DNA of 64,000 bases from Sphagnum compactum (Eukaryota): positions 5,704,001 to 5,768,000 of the forward strand of contig OZ234494.1 of the NCBI GenBank assembly GCA_965153455.1, given 5' to 3'. Made by a program: the position numbers and the translations under genes. The notes beneath the pieces were generated by a model, which was given only the letters and a program-made list of their open reading frames with translations, made no database searches and was not told the DNA's origin. This document shows positions 38,911 through 53,221 of the stretch, in pieces (within the stretch, counting starts at the first letter, position 1; each line of letters begins with the position of its first letter).

Positions 38911-41900
38911 GAGATTATATAAGACTATAAGACGCTTCTATTCTCAAAATTTCAAGTGAAAAGGATTTGTTTTGTGAGAGTTATGAGTTACAAACTTGAA
39001 TGTGACTTAGCATAATTTCAAAGTTTAAAAGACCCATGGTAGCTTAGATTTAAAACGGTGAGGAGGTAATGTAACATTATGAATTATTGTAGTAATGTTA
39101 AGGTGGGCTTGTCTAGTGTAGGTTTTATTACACATCACAACCTTGCCAGTTTATAGCGTGTTTGGTGACAAATTGGGAAGTAGTTTTTTTTGTGAAATTG
39201 GCCCAAATTATGTTGTTTTAATATGTCTAGCAAGAGGCTATGCTCCATAATTGGGTTATCCCAATCTTGTTGGATTTGAAAAAATTTGGTTTGATACTTT
39301 ATGGTTTTAATGTTATCATTTTGTTGTTAACTCTATATGTTAAAATATGGTCATTGCATTAACACCCAAGTAGGAAAGTTTTGGAAATGTATTCATTAAT
39401 TGTTAGTACATGTACATTTGTTTGAGGTCTGTACTCAATGTGGTTTTCATGTAATTTACATATGCAAAAAAATAAAGAACTTAGCCTTATATTATTGAAC
39501 ATCTCATCTTAATAATACATCACTAGAGTTTTTGAAATGGACATCTGCCACACAAGAATTTTGTTGATTTTATATGCATAGGAAATGTACAAAGCAGATT
39601 TAATTTCTTGGTGGTTGGTGATTTTTCTTCAGTAGCAGTAATACATTGTATAATGGAAATTAGAACACCATGGCATTTATTAAATTACATCACCAACATG
39701 TCCAATGTAGCATGGCTAACCAATAAGTTAGTATTGCTTAGGGGATCTCTTCATGTTTTACTTTAACATTCTTTTGAAATCTACAACAAACTGCAACCAT
39801 ACCATAAGAAAGAAGAGAACATTTGAGCATAATTCTTGTCCTTCCTCATGAAAATGAAAGGCTTAAGAGGAAAGGCATAATTCACTTGAAACCTTATTGC
39901 CATCATTGAATTTACTCTATATTTGGTTGATGTTATGCGTCAACTAATATTTAAGGAATCACCAACACCTTACTGTTGGAAACATTAACCAATAGTTTTT
40001 TGTTTGATTGCTACTGTAACTATTTAGAAAAAATTCAATGATCTCCTTGCATTTGTAGTGTCCAAGGCTTACTATCAATTAACACAAAGTGATCTTGACA
40101 ACATGACCCCTTGTTTATAGCATTAACATCAAGCCAATCCAAGCACATCACAATGACTCCCATTACAACTACAAGCAAACATGATGTTTGAAAAAACGAA
40201 TTGAGAAAACCCTACAAAATAAATTGAAAAAAATGAAAAATTTGAAGAGGGATTTATTGACAATAATAGTCATACACTTGTTCAAGGACCTTGTAAGTAT
40301 AGTTGCAGCTGTAGGAACAACAAGATAAAGTCGATGCCCAAACCCAAGCTTGAGTGTAAACTCAATCCCAAGTTGAAGTCCTAGCCATCGTCTAAGCTCA
40401 AGCTCAGCTCAGATTCTAGCCCAAGCTTAGACTATAACTGCCTAGGTTCTTGCTAGCATGCAACAATGCCAACAAGTTGTTTTATATCCACCTCTTTACA
40501 GCCAAGGGGAAATGGGAAGACCAAAGTGAAAACTAGGAGTTGTTGGTCAACCCTTCACACAATAGTTGAGAGAACCTTTAATAACAAATGCTTGCAACAT
40601 TTTGTATAGTTGTGAAAAGGAGAATTACATCACTAACGTGCATAATTAGTGTTAGTAAGCCAGCTAATAAATTTGTAATGAATTATAACATTTATACCAT
40701 AAGTCAAAAAAAAGATAAACATCCACAACTGCTTTCATGGTCTACTAACATGTAACTTGATCCAGAAGGGAAGGACCTAACCAATGTGGGATGCATGAAA
40801 TTCTTTAGATCAACCAAGAACTTAAATTCAGAAAATGAAAATCCTCAACACATGGATTCACACTAGTAAGTGGAGCTTAATAAAAATGCTTCACCAAAAT
40901 TTGCATTTGCTCAGAACTTTTCGTCACTTCCAAGATTTGTCTATCCTCTTATGTGCAAAATGGAATTACTAGAAAACAAACAGAAGATGTGTAGCAGCAT
41001 AGTCCAAAAATGACCATCCAACTTGTAGTATGTGGTATCCATTAAATCAGAGTTTAAGATGAACCATGCCTACATTGTTTTACTATAAGCTATTTTTTCT
41101 TACCTTCGGAACGAATAGAACCTTGAGCAAAAGAACCAATTGTTTTTGCGATAGAAACACGTTCATTCATTGGTATCTTCTTGGTCTTGTGCTTTCTTGG
41201 GGAGTTAAACTTTTGTTTCTAGCCTGCATTAAAATGTTATAGTGATTTGTTTCTTACATAATCAACTACTTCATGATTCTCACTTTCCTTTTGGGTGTCA
41301 TCTTTATGACTTGAAGGTAGTAACAAGCCATCTTGTATTGTATCATTAAAGTTTATAGCTTTGTCCTCCTCCTCTTCATTAGAATTGTCAACCAACTTTA
41401 TTTCTTTCGTGACATCCTTCTTGACAAACTTGTTTTTTGACATACCATTGTAGTAGGATCCACAGGAACTTCAACAACCAAATGGTCCTTGTTTTTACCA
41501 CAAGGGTTTGAAACTTCAACATCAACTATAACAACCAAATTATGCTTCTGCTGATCTTTGACATGAAAACTGCCCACACTTGAGCTTGGTGTATCCTTTT
41601 TGACAATTGTGGTTAATGGCACCCAAGCTAATGGACTAGGGTGACTTGCTAAAACTAAAATTGAGGCTTGCATTGGCATGAAGTTTACGCACCATTCAAC
41701 ATCATTGTGAGTCCTTACAATTTCAAACATAAAAACAACCATCAAATGATTTTGTCATCACAACAAATAAAAATGAATGTAAGATTTATATATTCAGGAA
41801 TGCCAACAAAGTCCAAAAGATTATGCATAGGTATACAATAGTGATGGATGTGAATGTTTACCTGTAGAGTTTGTGTAAGGATCTAATTTTGATTGGAGTT

Positions 41901-42007
41901 ATGGAAAATTGGTGTACTCTAATGGAGTCCTTTGTGAATTCAAAGAAGTCCATAAAATTATCTTATTGCTTATTTATAATTGTGGAATCATAAGGAAAAA
42001 AAAGGAC

Positions 42008-42290
42008 CATGAAAGGATTCCTAGTTCAATAATCACCACTATTATGGACTCTAATGTGCATGTTATCTACTTCTTCAAGACTCCAATTGTCAACAATCAC
42101 CATGAAAGGACTCCTAGTTCAATAATCACCACTATTATGGACTCCAATGTGCATGTTATCTACTTCTTCAAGACTCCTACTATCCACTATCACCATGAAA
42201 GGACTCCTAATTTAATAACTACCACTATTGTGGACTCCAATGTACATGTTATTTACTTCTTCAAGATTCCTACTATCAACAGTCACCACT
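42008..42290. repeat. 3 x 93-bp tandem repeat
   Basis: Units begin catgaaagga at 42008, 42101 and 42194. Confidence 0.92.
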
Positions 42291-42684
42291 ATTCCATACT
42301 ATTATGCCACTTATCTATTTCCTAATGAATTCAATGGAAATACTAAGGACCCATGATGGAATAACAATAGACTATCACAAGCAATTACAAACCGACAATG
42401 GACTTGAAAAGAATGCATACTCTTATGCACCTCATGGAAACTTAATTTGGACTCCAACGTGGATGAGAAATAATTCTATGGATTGCCATGCTAGAATTAT
42501 TGCTTGCTTGAAACTTGCTTATGAACATTGTGGTATTCCTTATGTAAACCTAACTAATTTCAATGGATACTTGGCAAATCTAAACAAATGAACATGATTT
42601 CCATATGCAACTTGGATTAAAATCTAGAACATAATGCATTGAATGAAAGGGACTCAAAGGGGCACCTTTATGACGAGCTTGAGG

Positions 42685-42936
42685 TCACTGTACCTTCATG
42701 GTGTGCTTGCTTTCATCCTTGACAGGAGTTGATGAACCTAGCTTATTGAAGCTTGTAACACTCCACCAAGATTCATGCATTTCCTCTTCACCTCCTCTTT
42801 TAATACACTTAGTGAAGGTCCCAAAATGGTACATAGCACACCAATCATGATAGACATGTTTACAAGAAGCAAATCGAGTAGCCCACACTAGAGAAAACCT
42901 TAATCCACAAAAAGAACACTTCTTTGAACAATCCAT
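42685..42936 (-). pseudogene. RING-H2-like zinc finger fragment in a decayed multi-exon ORF
   Basis: CSFC-x14-CKHVYHDWC-x10-C fits C3H2C3 spacing, with the last Cys apparently lost. Confidence 0.55.
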
Positions 42937-43059
42937 GTATTTGGAGGTGGATCAACATTTTCAAGACGGAGAAGAGGTTATGGATGCAAACCTCTTCAAA
43001 AACCTACTCCCCTCACACATTTCATCAGAAGATCTCGAATAACATTTCTATTTAATAAA

Positions 43060-43740
43060 TTAGGTACCTAAGTACTTACGTAACAACTTAGAACCTACCT
43101 AGTAACCTAGTAGGTACCTAGCTTGGTAGATAGGTACCTAGAGGTAGTAGTAAGTAAGTAGTAGGTAGGTATGTATGTATTACCTACCTAATAGGTAAGT
43201 AAGTAGGTAGGTAGGTGCCAAGTAGTAGGTACATATATATACTACCTATCTAGTATGTAGGTAGGTACGTAGGTACATAAATACCTAGTAGTAAATAATA
43301 GGTAGTTAGGTAGGTATGTACAACCTACCTAGTAGGTAGGTAGGTAGGTAGGTATCTAGTAGTAAGTAATAGGTAAGTAGGTAGGTACATTCTACCTATT
43401 TAGTAAGTAGGTAAGTAAGTACATACATACGTACTTACTAATAACTAGTAGGTAGGTAGGTAAGTAGGTAGGTACACATGTACGTACATACATACAACCT
43501 ATTCAATAGGTAGGTAGTAGGTAGGTGGGTACATACTACCTACCTAGTAGGTAGGTAGGTACCTAGTAGTAAATACGTAGTAGGTAATTAGGTAGGTATG
43601 TACTATTTATATTTAGGAGGTAGCTAGGTAGGTATGTATGTACTACATAGTAGGTAGGTAGATAATAGGTAGTACTAGCCCATAGGTATTAGCTACTTTA
43701 TAGGTACCTAGTAAATAGCTAGTATGTAGCTAGCACCTAG
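43060..43740. repeat. Degenerate (TAGG/CCTA)n satellite with alternating orientations
   Basis: Directly visible. Confidence 0.9.
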
Positions 43741-44639
43741 TTAAATTATTAATGTATGTGGTTAGTCATGTAGTCACAAAATAGTCCTAATCTAGTCATG
43801 TAGTCATAATGCAATTGTAATGTAATCACAAATTTGAGTAAAAGTATATGACTAAAGACATATGACTACATGACTAGATTAGGACATTAGTTGTAAATGT
43901 CCAAGTCATGAAAGACACGTTTTGGCATTGTGAAGTCCATAAGGTCACAAAACGTGAACCATTGTAGCTTACATCTACCCTTTTAGTTGTTTGTGGTTTT
44001 TCAATGTTTGGAGTGGCGCAATGGTGAGCTACCAACATATTTTTGCTTTTGAAGGTGTGTATGAATTTGGATTCTTTATAATTGTATTCAATAATTATGA
44101 AATATGTTTATGGGTTTTTGAATGTCTATGCATCAGAGTTCAAATGTTGCAAATTGCAACTATATGAAGTTTTAAAATGTAACTTGCATCACGTTCATTG
44201 TCCAAGTTTTTCATTGATTTCAATGTTCACTAATTTTTCTTGTTTACATATTTTAGTTTTCTTTCTGAGTTTGATCCCACCTATTTACAAATCCTAATTG
44301 TTGTGAATTTTCTATGTGTTATTTGAAACCTAAATCTTTTAAATGTTGCGTGAATTTTGTGTTGTGCAACTTGAGTCTTGTGCAAAGCGTAAGTGCATTA
44401 TGCCGAAACGTGGGCATTTGTGTTTGTGGATGCACTATTTTAAGGTTTCATTGCTTGATTATAGTACCCTTTCAGGTTTTGATGAACTTGAAGTTTTGTC
44501 TTTTTTTGGAATTTTTTGCAACCATTGATCATTCTTGTAACAATGCAAACCTCAATTATCCAAATGCCATAGAACCTACTTTGTTATCCAATGTGATTTC
44601 AAGTCTTACTACATTTAATTTTGTGGGTAGTGCATTTTG

Positions 44640-45030
44640 AAAGGTTTGTGAGGAAATTGTTTCATACCCTTTTGGAGATCCTATAAAACTCACAATTAAT
44701 GAACTAAAGAAAAAAGAACTCAAAAAATTAAAGTGGGAAATTTATAAAGTTTAGGAAGACAGATGGGTTACAAGGTTTATTTGGTTTAAACCTATTTGTG
44801 CTGGGGATGGGAAGATGACATGGTGAGGTGTAAGGTTTGTTCCAAGATTAAAAGGAGAGATAAATTGTTAGTTCCAAAGTTTGGTTGTCTCATCAAACAT
44901 TTATGTTTAAAGAAATGTTATGTTGCTAGATTTAAAATGGTTGTTGGTGGATATAATGTGTAACAAAGAACATGTGAAGAATGAAAAGTTGTATTCTTCC
45001 ATAGGGCATGACACAATTGTTGATTTGAGG
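44640..45030 (+). pseudogene. Fragment resembling the N-terminal zinc-finger region of a hAT-like transposase
   Basis: W..RFIWFKP..GDGK..VRCKVCSKIKRRDKLLVPK..LIKH..EHVKNEKLY, with stops and frameshifts. No catalytic domain is present. Confidence 0.45.
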
Positions 45031-45559
45031 CATGTCTTTTGTGAAATTTGGTTGTGAAGTTTGTACACCATCACTTGTAGATATTACTACCATACATTGT
45101 CTACCAGTTAGATTGCTTGTGGAAGTTTTGAACTTTTGTAAAAATCTACTTTATTAAGGAAAAGGTCAATTTTTAACATCCCCATTAAGCAAAAACAATA
45201 CACATTCTTGTTTTCATTCCCTTTTTCTCCCCCTATCCCCATGCTCTTGTGTATGTTTCATCGATAATGGAAGATTGGGAGCCACTCCTTTTCGCAATTG
45301 TCTTCTTTTTATTTATTTATTAGAGCTTTGATTATTTGATGCAACCTTGCAAAAATTTGTTAATATAAACACATTATAGATTTGGAAAATGTACAAAGGA
45401 ATAAGAAAAGGGAAAAGGGAGAATTTACAAGATGTCTTGGTAGTTCAAACTAGATGTCAAAATCTCTCCATGTCAAAAAAAGACCACTTATAGTAGGTCA
45501 ATTGTATTTGTCGTTGTAAAAAGCCAACCACTTATAATAGGTTGGTCGTGATGATGGTG

Positions 45560-48300
45560 TGTCTTGAAAGGGTGGAAGTTAGGACGTAGTTGGACCTATG
45601 GTTAGCCCTCGATTTAAAATGGAGGATGTTTACATCTTTTGTAAAGTGATTGAAATTTTTTGACGAAGAAAAGTAACCAAGACAGAAAGATGAGGGCCCT
45701 CTGCAGTGGCCCTTTCAAGCTCCAAATGGCATTGGCACAATCGTGTAAAAACACATTAGCTTGTTTGTGTGGACATCCAAATACCTCAATTGCTAAAGGG
45801 AGGAATTGATCAGTGGGCTGTTGGTCATGATGACTCCTTTCTTTGGCTTGAGTTGCATCGGAGGCATCAAATCTTTGAGTTGTTCAAGATCGGGGAAGTA
45901 AATTCATTTGCGTTGGGTCAACAATGACAATGTTGGCTAGGGTGCGAATGCCATCTTTGAAGAGCACAATGTCAAATCATCAACGAAAGGAATTGAACGT
46001 GGTTGAAGGACATGCATGTAGTTATTTTCATCATAGATGAAAGCTAACATTTCATGCAATGGCGGCCAAGGTGTTAAGAACTGCATCATGGGTTATTGTG
46101 CACTCGTTGCCATGAGCGCATCATAAGAGGTGGATACCCATAGGGTCGATGGGATGTGTCCACACACATCAAGGGATACCTGCAATTAAAGGATGAGGTA
46201 ATTTAACTCGTGTCCAAAACACCGTGGAAAAAACTAGGGAATATAATCAAAAGGCTAAGAAGGTTGGTCAATTGTAAGTTAAACATTTGCCCTAGGCAAG
46301 AACATGATAAAATTCGAGCATGATGGGCTTTAAATATCTTGTCAAAGAGCATGTTGGAAAGGGTATGATGGTGCAAACATTCCGAAATGGAAGTCAAACC
46401 ATTTATTGCATGATAGTTATTCAAATGGAGGAAGACATGTGCGAGCCGAGGGCGGTAGATCACATGCCGCCTTGAAGTGTTGTTGGAAAAGGAAGGGGTT
46501 ATTGTCAACTTGTGCTAAGGCTTCAAAAAGGAAGGGATGTTGATCAACCATAAACCTAGCAACTATGATTGAAACTACAAAGGCCCAACTCCTTAAATAT
46601 GTTGATGGGGTGATGGTGGCCCAATGCCACCAAAAGTATGGTATGAGCCCAATGCCACCAAAAGTCATTGGGAGAGAGGCTTGTTTATGGGCTAGAGGTC
46701 CTTCAAGGCTATCAAGGGATTTTAGACCAAGAGGTGCCCAAACATTTAAAGGAGGGAAAAGTCAAAATAAATAAGGGATTTTATGAAGGTGGAGGAGGGA
46801 GGTGTGCACCATAAGAAATACGATGGCCATTGTACAAAGCAATGAATGAGAATCCCAAGAAGCTACCTAAACATCACCCATTCTAAGGAGAAGATCCACA
46901 TGTTGAACATCTTCTAACAAAACATCTTTAATGAAGGATGATGTGAATGATGAGGTGCCTAATGAAACACCCAAAACTTTAATTCCTATCAATGGGGTGT
47001 TGAAATCAAGTGGTAGGCCATAGGGTGACCATGCTACACATTTTTGAGGTTAAGACTTCTTTGAGGTAGAAAGACTTATCGCATATAGAGTTCAAACTGG
47101 AAATGATCATAAGCAAATGATACAATTGAAGGGGGACCTATGATGTGAATATTATCTACAATGGATGGAAATACATAAGAAGGGAAACAATTAGTTGTAA
47201 AATGTAAGGCCCTAAAATGGGTTAAGGCGAATAGTGCCCTTCCCAAGGGATCACCTTGATGAGTTCCCATGGTAGATGGGATGACTATGACATCACCTTC
47301 ATGATTATGATGACTATAAAATGGGGGAGATTCAAAAACATAAAATGCATGAACAAAGGGGATGAGTTGTATGATGTTTCCACATGTTGCGCGAAGTTTT
47401 TGAAATTTGACCTTTATTGACACCAAAATAAAGGCATTTGCCATGTCCAACTAAAAAACAACCCAGTCGGGGTGAAGGTCCAGGGTGCACCTGATGCCAT
47501 TCACTATTGTTTCACAATTGCCTTAGTTGTAACTTCGAATTGGTGCGAGGAAAAATGTGGTGCAAAGGCATTGCGAAATTGAAGGCATAAAATGTGGCTT
47601 GTGAGTTGATACAATGTTGCCCCCATTGCAATGGGTGAATTCCACCTGAAGGCTAGATCATGGCTAAAAGGTGGGTTGCCCCAAGGACACATGCAATTTG
47701 AGGTGGAATGTGGCAATATGAGAGTATAATTAAAAAAATTGAAAGAATCCACTCATGGAATATTTTGGGTGAAAGTCTCTGAAGGTGTTCAAAAACCATT
47801 CCAAAATGACCATTTAACGATAAATGCAACATGTGTTGGAATGCCATCTTGAAGGAATCAAAAGAAATCTTGAGGTCTTGGTTTAGCTTGTAATCTTCTA
47901 GGAAAAATGGGAAGTGTGCATTTAATTTGAAGTGTAGAGCAATGAAAGTTGAGGTGATGTCGGAGGACGTGGGTGTAGGGGGGAATGGTGCTAAAGCACG
48001 GCTTGTTCGAAAATATTCCTTTACATGTTCAAGAACTAAACTATGAAAAAGGTGTTTATGAACTAAAGGATCATGTTGGGGAAGAAACACTGGATTCGAA
48101 CTTGCCACCAAAGCTTGGGCTTGCAAAAATAATTTTTTTTGCAAGTTTTCCCAATCACTTGTTAGAAAACGTTTAAGTCGAATTCGTATTTCCTTGTGCC
48201 TTATTGCCCCACCATAATGAGACAAAACAAAACACATTGGGGTAACAAGAGGAACAAATAACAAACTATCACATGATAAGAATCTTGTGCCAATTTATCC
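45560..48300 (-). mobile_element. Decayed non-LTR retrotransposon with RT, Cys/His knuckle and restriction-like endonuclease (CRE-like)
   Basis: RT motifs ETIVNGIRCTLDLHPDWV.LDMANAF, QGDPLG..FAL, FPSIVDNIHI. Downstream are CVWTHPIDPMGIHLL*CAHG..THDAV and DIVL..LANIVIVDPT..AKERSH..FLPLAIEVFG. Many lesions. Confidence 0.8.
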
Positions 48301-49442
48301 GATGGCAAATGAAACACCACTTATACATCACACTGTAAAGTAGTAGGGATACGATTATATAGTAAAAAATGACAAAAACCTAAATAAAAAGAGCTAAAAA
48401 CATCTAATAACAAAACCCAAGTCCAAGTCGATGCATTTGTCTGGATGTGTGACTTGTTTTCTTTTGGTGTAGGATTATGCTAGTCCTTTTTTAACCTTTT
48501 CACAAGCAGAAACTTGATTTGGTAAAGTTCAATTGCATAAATATGTCTTTAAATAAATTTAAAAAACCAATTTTGCATAATGATTCAAGTGCCTTTTGTT
48601 GTGCATGGTTATTACATAGAGCAAGCACAGATCGACAACTCTTCCCATTCAACAAAACAAAACCTTCCATATTCAAACATATGTCACCATAATATTACAT
48701 TGCTCAAAATCCAATAATCAATCAAACTTAAATATAGAAAAAAAAATTTAAACACTTAATAAAATTTGTCACCAACAATTTATGAACATACACAAATTAT
48801 GAGAGCCACATCCAGAGAGAAATATTCTCTATGTAACCCATTGAATGCCCCCCCCCCCCCTTCTCCCCAAAAGCCACCGTGGCATACAGGCCCTCACAAT
48901 TTGTATCCAACCAACCTACCTCACAATTTGAAAAAAAAACACTGGTAGCGGGGGACGATCAAATAACACGAGAAAAGCCAAGGAACAAAGCGAACGTACG
49001 TCGACGCTCGTTTGAATAGACGTTACTCCGGGCGAACGTGTGAACCCTGGCCATCGTTTCAAGTTTGCACCAAAACAATTTCCGTTCTTTTGTACTGAAC
49101 ATACCATAGGCTACATTTTTTGTAAATTTCTTTTTAGCCGTTTGCGTTGCGCAGCTTTTCGTTTGCAATTTATGTTGCAGTTGTGGAAGTGTCTTTTTTG
49201 GTCTTTGGAAGTGGGCTTTTTGCTCTGCGATCTGTTTTGAAGAAGTGGGAAGATAGATGCTGTGGACCAGAAAAGGTGGGATTGTTTTGTCGAGTTTTCC
49301 CTCTGTTTGAAGACAGTTTGTTTCGGGAAGATGTGCGTGAGCCTATGCTTGGAAGCTCGAGGGAGGTTAAGAAGTTTTGCCTGTAGTCTTGTTGGAAATT
49401 ATGGGGAAGGCCGTGCATAATGGCTGAAGCGCTCACCTCCTA

Positions 49443-52400
49443 ATGGCGACAGTGTGGAGTGCGGCCCATCGTGTGGAGCTCCGACGTGCTATTCGTCATC
49501 TGCGAGATCGAGGTCTCTACGCTGCTGCTAAATGGTATGGTGCTGTACATTTTCAAACAAGTGAGCTTCACCCTAATGCTCCCTTGCTTGTGTTTTCTTC
49601 TCATAACTTTTGCAGCAATGGATACTTCCTTACTCCCAATTTCTGGCAGCGTTCATAGTCCCTTCTTTAGGTTATGTTCGTTTCTGAAGTGGCCAGTCAC
49701 CTTTTCTCCTCTCTCTCTGCGCCTCTTTCTGTTTTGAGTACTGAGTTTAACTTAAGTTTCAATCTGGTCCACTATTCTCAACCTGAAGCAAGGTCCTTCG
49801 GTACTGGAGAGCTCATGAATCCACAAACATTTGCTGCTTTGGACAGGGCTGGTGAGCAGTTAGTTGGCCTTCCAGAAGAAACAAGCAGGAACGCAGGCCC
49901 ACCCCCAGCTCCTTATTCTGATTCTGAAAAAACAAAACTAAAGAGACCTTCAAGGCGGAAAGACAGCACTACACAAGTAGGTCCTGGATATGCAGGTTCA
50001 GGAAATTTGAGAGAGGAAGATGAGGAAGAAGATGATGATGTTTTACTACTTGCAAAAGCTTTTTTTGACATGCGAGAGTACAGGCGAGCAGCACATGCAT
50101 TGCAAGGATCAACTGGCAAGAAGGCATTTTTCCTCCGCTGCTATGCCACATATTTGGTAAGCTTTCCTGTTTGCAAGCTAACCATCTCAATTGCTGTATG
50201 AAAATCTAGAGGGTTGAGTCTAGTTTCTATGACTCATTTAGCTCCTCGGAAACTCAGGTGAGACATCTTTGTCAGAGCTAGCATTCAGAAGGTTTAGGGT
50301 TTATGGTAATTAAACTGTAATAAACTGTGGAAGGTGCTGTTGTTGCGGCATGTGTCTATGATAGGTCAAAGAGTTTGACAATACACTGGACTGAATCTTT
50401 GGATGGAATGTGCAGCCCTCATGCATTTGATTTTAAAGATAGGCTATGACAGATCTGTCAAAGTTCACACATCCTAAACAAAATTTCTGAGGCTACTATA
50501 AACAGTAGTTACAATCTCCCATGTTCAAGAGATGCAGGTTGACTGGATCTTCTGTCAAATTATGAAGCTCCATCTGGTGCAGATGGGATATAAGCAAGTG
50601 GCTCCTGTTTAAATGAATGGTGAATGATGAATGGTTACAGGGCTCCCCCCATTGGTATTGAGGCTATATAGCTCAGCAACTGGCTGTACATGAATTATCC
50701 CTGAGTGTTAGTTGTCTATACTAACAAATAAAAGAGTTATTTGGTGTCTAGGCAGGGGAAAAGAGAAAGGAGGAGGAGATAATTGAGTTGGCAGGTCCAC
50801 TGGGAAGAAGTGATGCAGTGAACCCAGAGCTTGTTGGATTGGAACAAGAACTCTTTGCTTTGTACTCAAAGGGAGCATTGGATGCCTTTGGAAGCTATAT
50901 GTATGGTGTAGTACTGCATGAAAGAGAGCGAAAGGCTGATGCTTGCACAGTGCTATGTGCATCAGTCAATGCTTATCCTTGGAACTGGAGTGCCTGGCTT
51001 GAACTCCAGGTCAGATTTCCAAATCAAGCTAGATGACAAGGCATGTTAATTCAAATACATTCCAGAGTCTTTCAATTACAGTTATGGGAGAATGCTTCTT
51101 GTGATTTCATAACCAAGAACAAAGTGCTGAAACCTGAATCCTGCTATAGGCTTTGTGTACAGATCCTGACATATTGCCCACACTAAATTTGAATGATCAC
51201 TGGATGCGCGATTTCTTTTTGGCTAGTGTTGACCTTGACCTACAAAGAAACTCTGATGGGTTGGCACGATATCGAGCTCTCTACGCCTTATTTCCTCGTA
51301 GTGACCACATATTGGCTCAGACAGCAACTGCCCACTATAATCTACGCGACTTCGATGAGGCAGAAGGTCTCTTTGAGGAGCTTCTTCGAAGTGATCCGTA
51401 TCGTATAGAAGGTTTTCAGACCTGACTCCTTTTCCTACAATTTGCAAGGCATTGTCAACCCAGTCAGAGTGTTGAGTCTCAGCATGTGATGAACACAGAA
51501 AGCATGTCTTGCTGGACATGTTTTCTCATGAAAGCAGATGCAAGCTTTTGTTGTTATGTTCATTTCATGGTGTTTTTACTGTGGATATGAAGTCTTTGGA
51601 GTTCTTACTTTTTGCAACTGCCAGGTATGGACATATACTCGAATATTCTATATGTGAAGGAGTGTTTTGCGGCACTAAGCCATCTAGCTCACAAATCTGT
51701 CCTTACAGACAAATACCGGCCTGAGACCTGTTGCATCATTGGAAACTACTACAGCTTAAAAGCACAGCATGAGAAGGCAGTGCTATACTTTAAGCGTGCA
51801 TTGCGACTTAATCGGAAGTACTTGTCAGCATGGACACTGATGGGACATGAGTACGTGGAAATGAAGAACACACCAGCTGCAATTGATGCATATCGGCGGG
51901 CTGTTGATATCAATCCTCGGGACTATCGTGCATGGTATGGTTTGGGGCAAACTTATGAAATTTTAGCAATGCCTTACTATGCCCTCTACTACTACAGACG
52001 GGCGACACAATTGAGACCTCATGATGCTCGAATGTGGTGTGCAATGGGACAATGCTATGAAACTGAGCAACTAAATATGCATGATGCTGCAATTCGATGT
52101 TACAGACGTGCATTGAGTAACAGTGATAGAGAGGGTATTGCTCTTCACAAACTTGCAAAGCTCCATGAGAGCCTAGGGCAGGCTGACCAGGCTGCTTTTT
52201 ATTATAGAAAGAACTTGGAGAGGATGGAGGCAGATCAAAATGAGGGACAGGATTTTGTGGATGCACTTCTTTTTCTTGGCAACTATTGCAAGAATAAGGG
52301 TTCCCTAGAGGAGGCTGAGAAGTTCTGTGACCGACTGCTTGATTATGGTGACCCAGTAAGCTTCCTAACTCTTATGTCTCAATATTGTGCAGATGTCTGT

Positions 52401-53221
52401 TCCTTATGGGATTCTCGGGAGTTAATGCTTCCAAAACCTGGTTGAGAACCTTTTTATCATAGAACTCTACATACTGTTCCAGAAAAAAGAATGTCTCTCA
52501 TGGGAAAGAAGACCCTAGAGATGATATACCATGAACAAGCTGGTGAGTGTGTCTTCTAAATCAGTTTTAAACCATATGGTAGTTCCCTAATTGCCAATGA
52601 GGCTTTAGGACCACCTTCAAACTTTCCAATTGTAGAGCATGTTAAGTCATCAGTTTCCTCTGTTCATCAAATTGTAAGAATTTAAGGTGCAGAAGACATT
52701 CTCTTGGAGCAGTGGCTTGCTGATTTATGAGCTGTGATTCTGTGTTTGCTAGTCAAAGATTCATTTTGTAGAAAGTAATGAGAAGCCATTTAAAAATCCA
52801 TTAAATTAAAAAGGATGCTGCAACCTTTTGTTTTCTGTGGCAGAAAAGCCAATATTTTCTGTTTTAAAGCCCTATATACATTGGTGAGTCAATCGGCCAG
52901 TCAGATTTAGACTCTTTGTATCAACAACTGTTAAAGTGAAGAACCTGGCCTTCATTTAAGACATTAAAATGGAAATTCCTGTTTGTCTTCTACCTCAAGA
53001 AGGCCTTTCTGCCTTGTGAAAGTACCTACAAAATGTTGTTTCTGTATAACATGGAAGTAGTTCATAGAGAAGCTATGTATTGTGACAGACCATCTTGAAA
53101 CTATTTCTGTGTGTTTCTGTAGGCTAAGGAGGATGCTAAGGCGTTGCTTCGCGAGATTCGCAGTGTACAGCAGCATACAGCAAATCTTCCATCTATGGAC
53201 CTTGAGCAGTATACCCCATGA
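49443..53221 (+). CDS. APC8: Anaphase-promoting complex subunit 8 (CDC23), TPR protein, 583 aa; exons 49443-49534, 49847-50156, 50752-51009, 51150-51411, 51625-52355, 53123-53221
   Basis: Motifs [103 protein letters not shown]. All introns are GT-AG and the exons sum to 1752 nt in frame with no internal stop. Confidence 0.96.

Noticed and set aside
41909-42325. 138-aa ORF with 31-aa repeats
   Set aside because: It is a by-product of the 93-bp tandem repeat, with no recognisable domain or gene structure.
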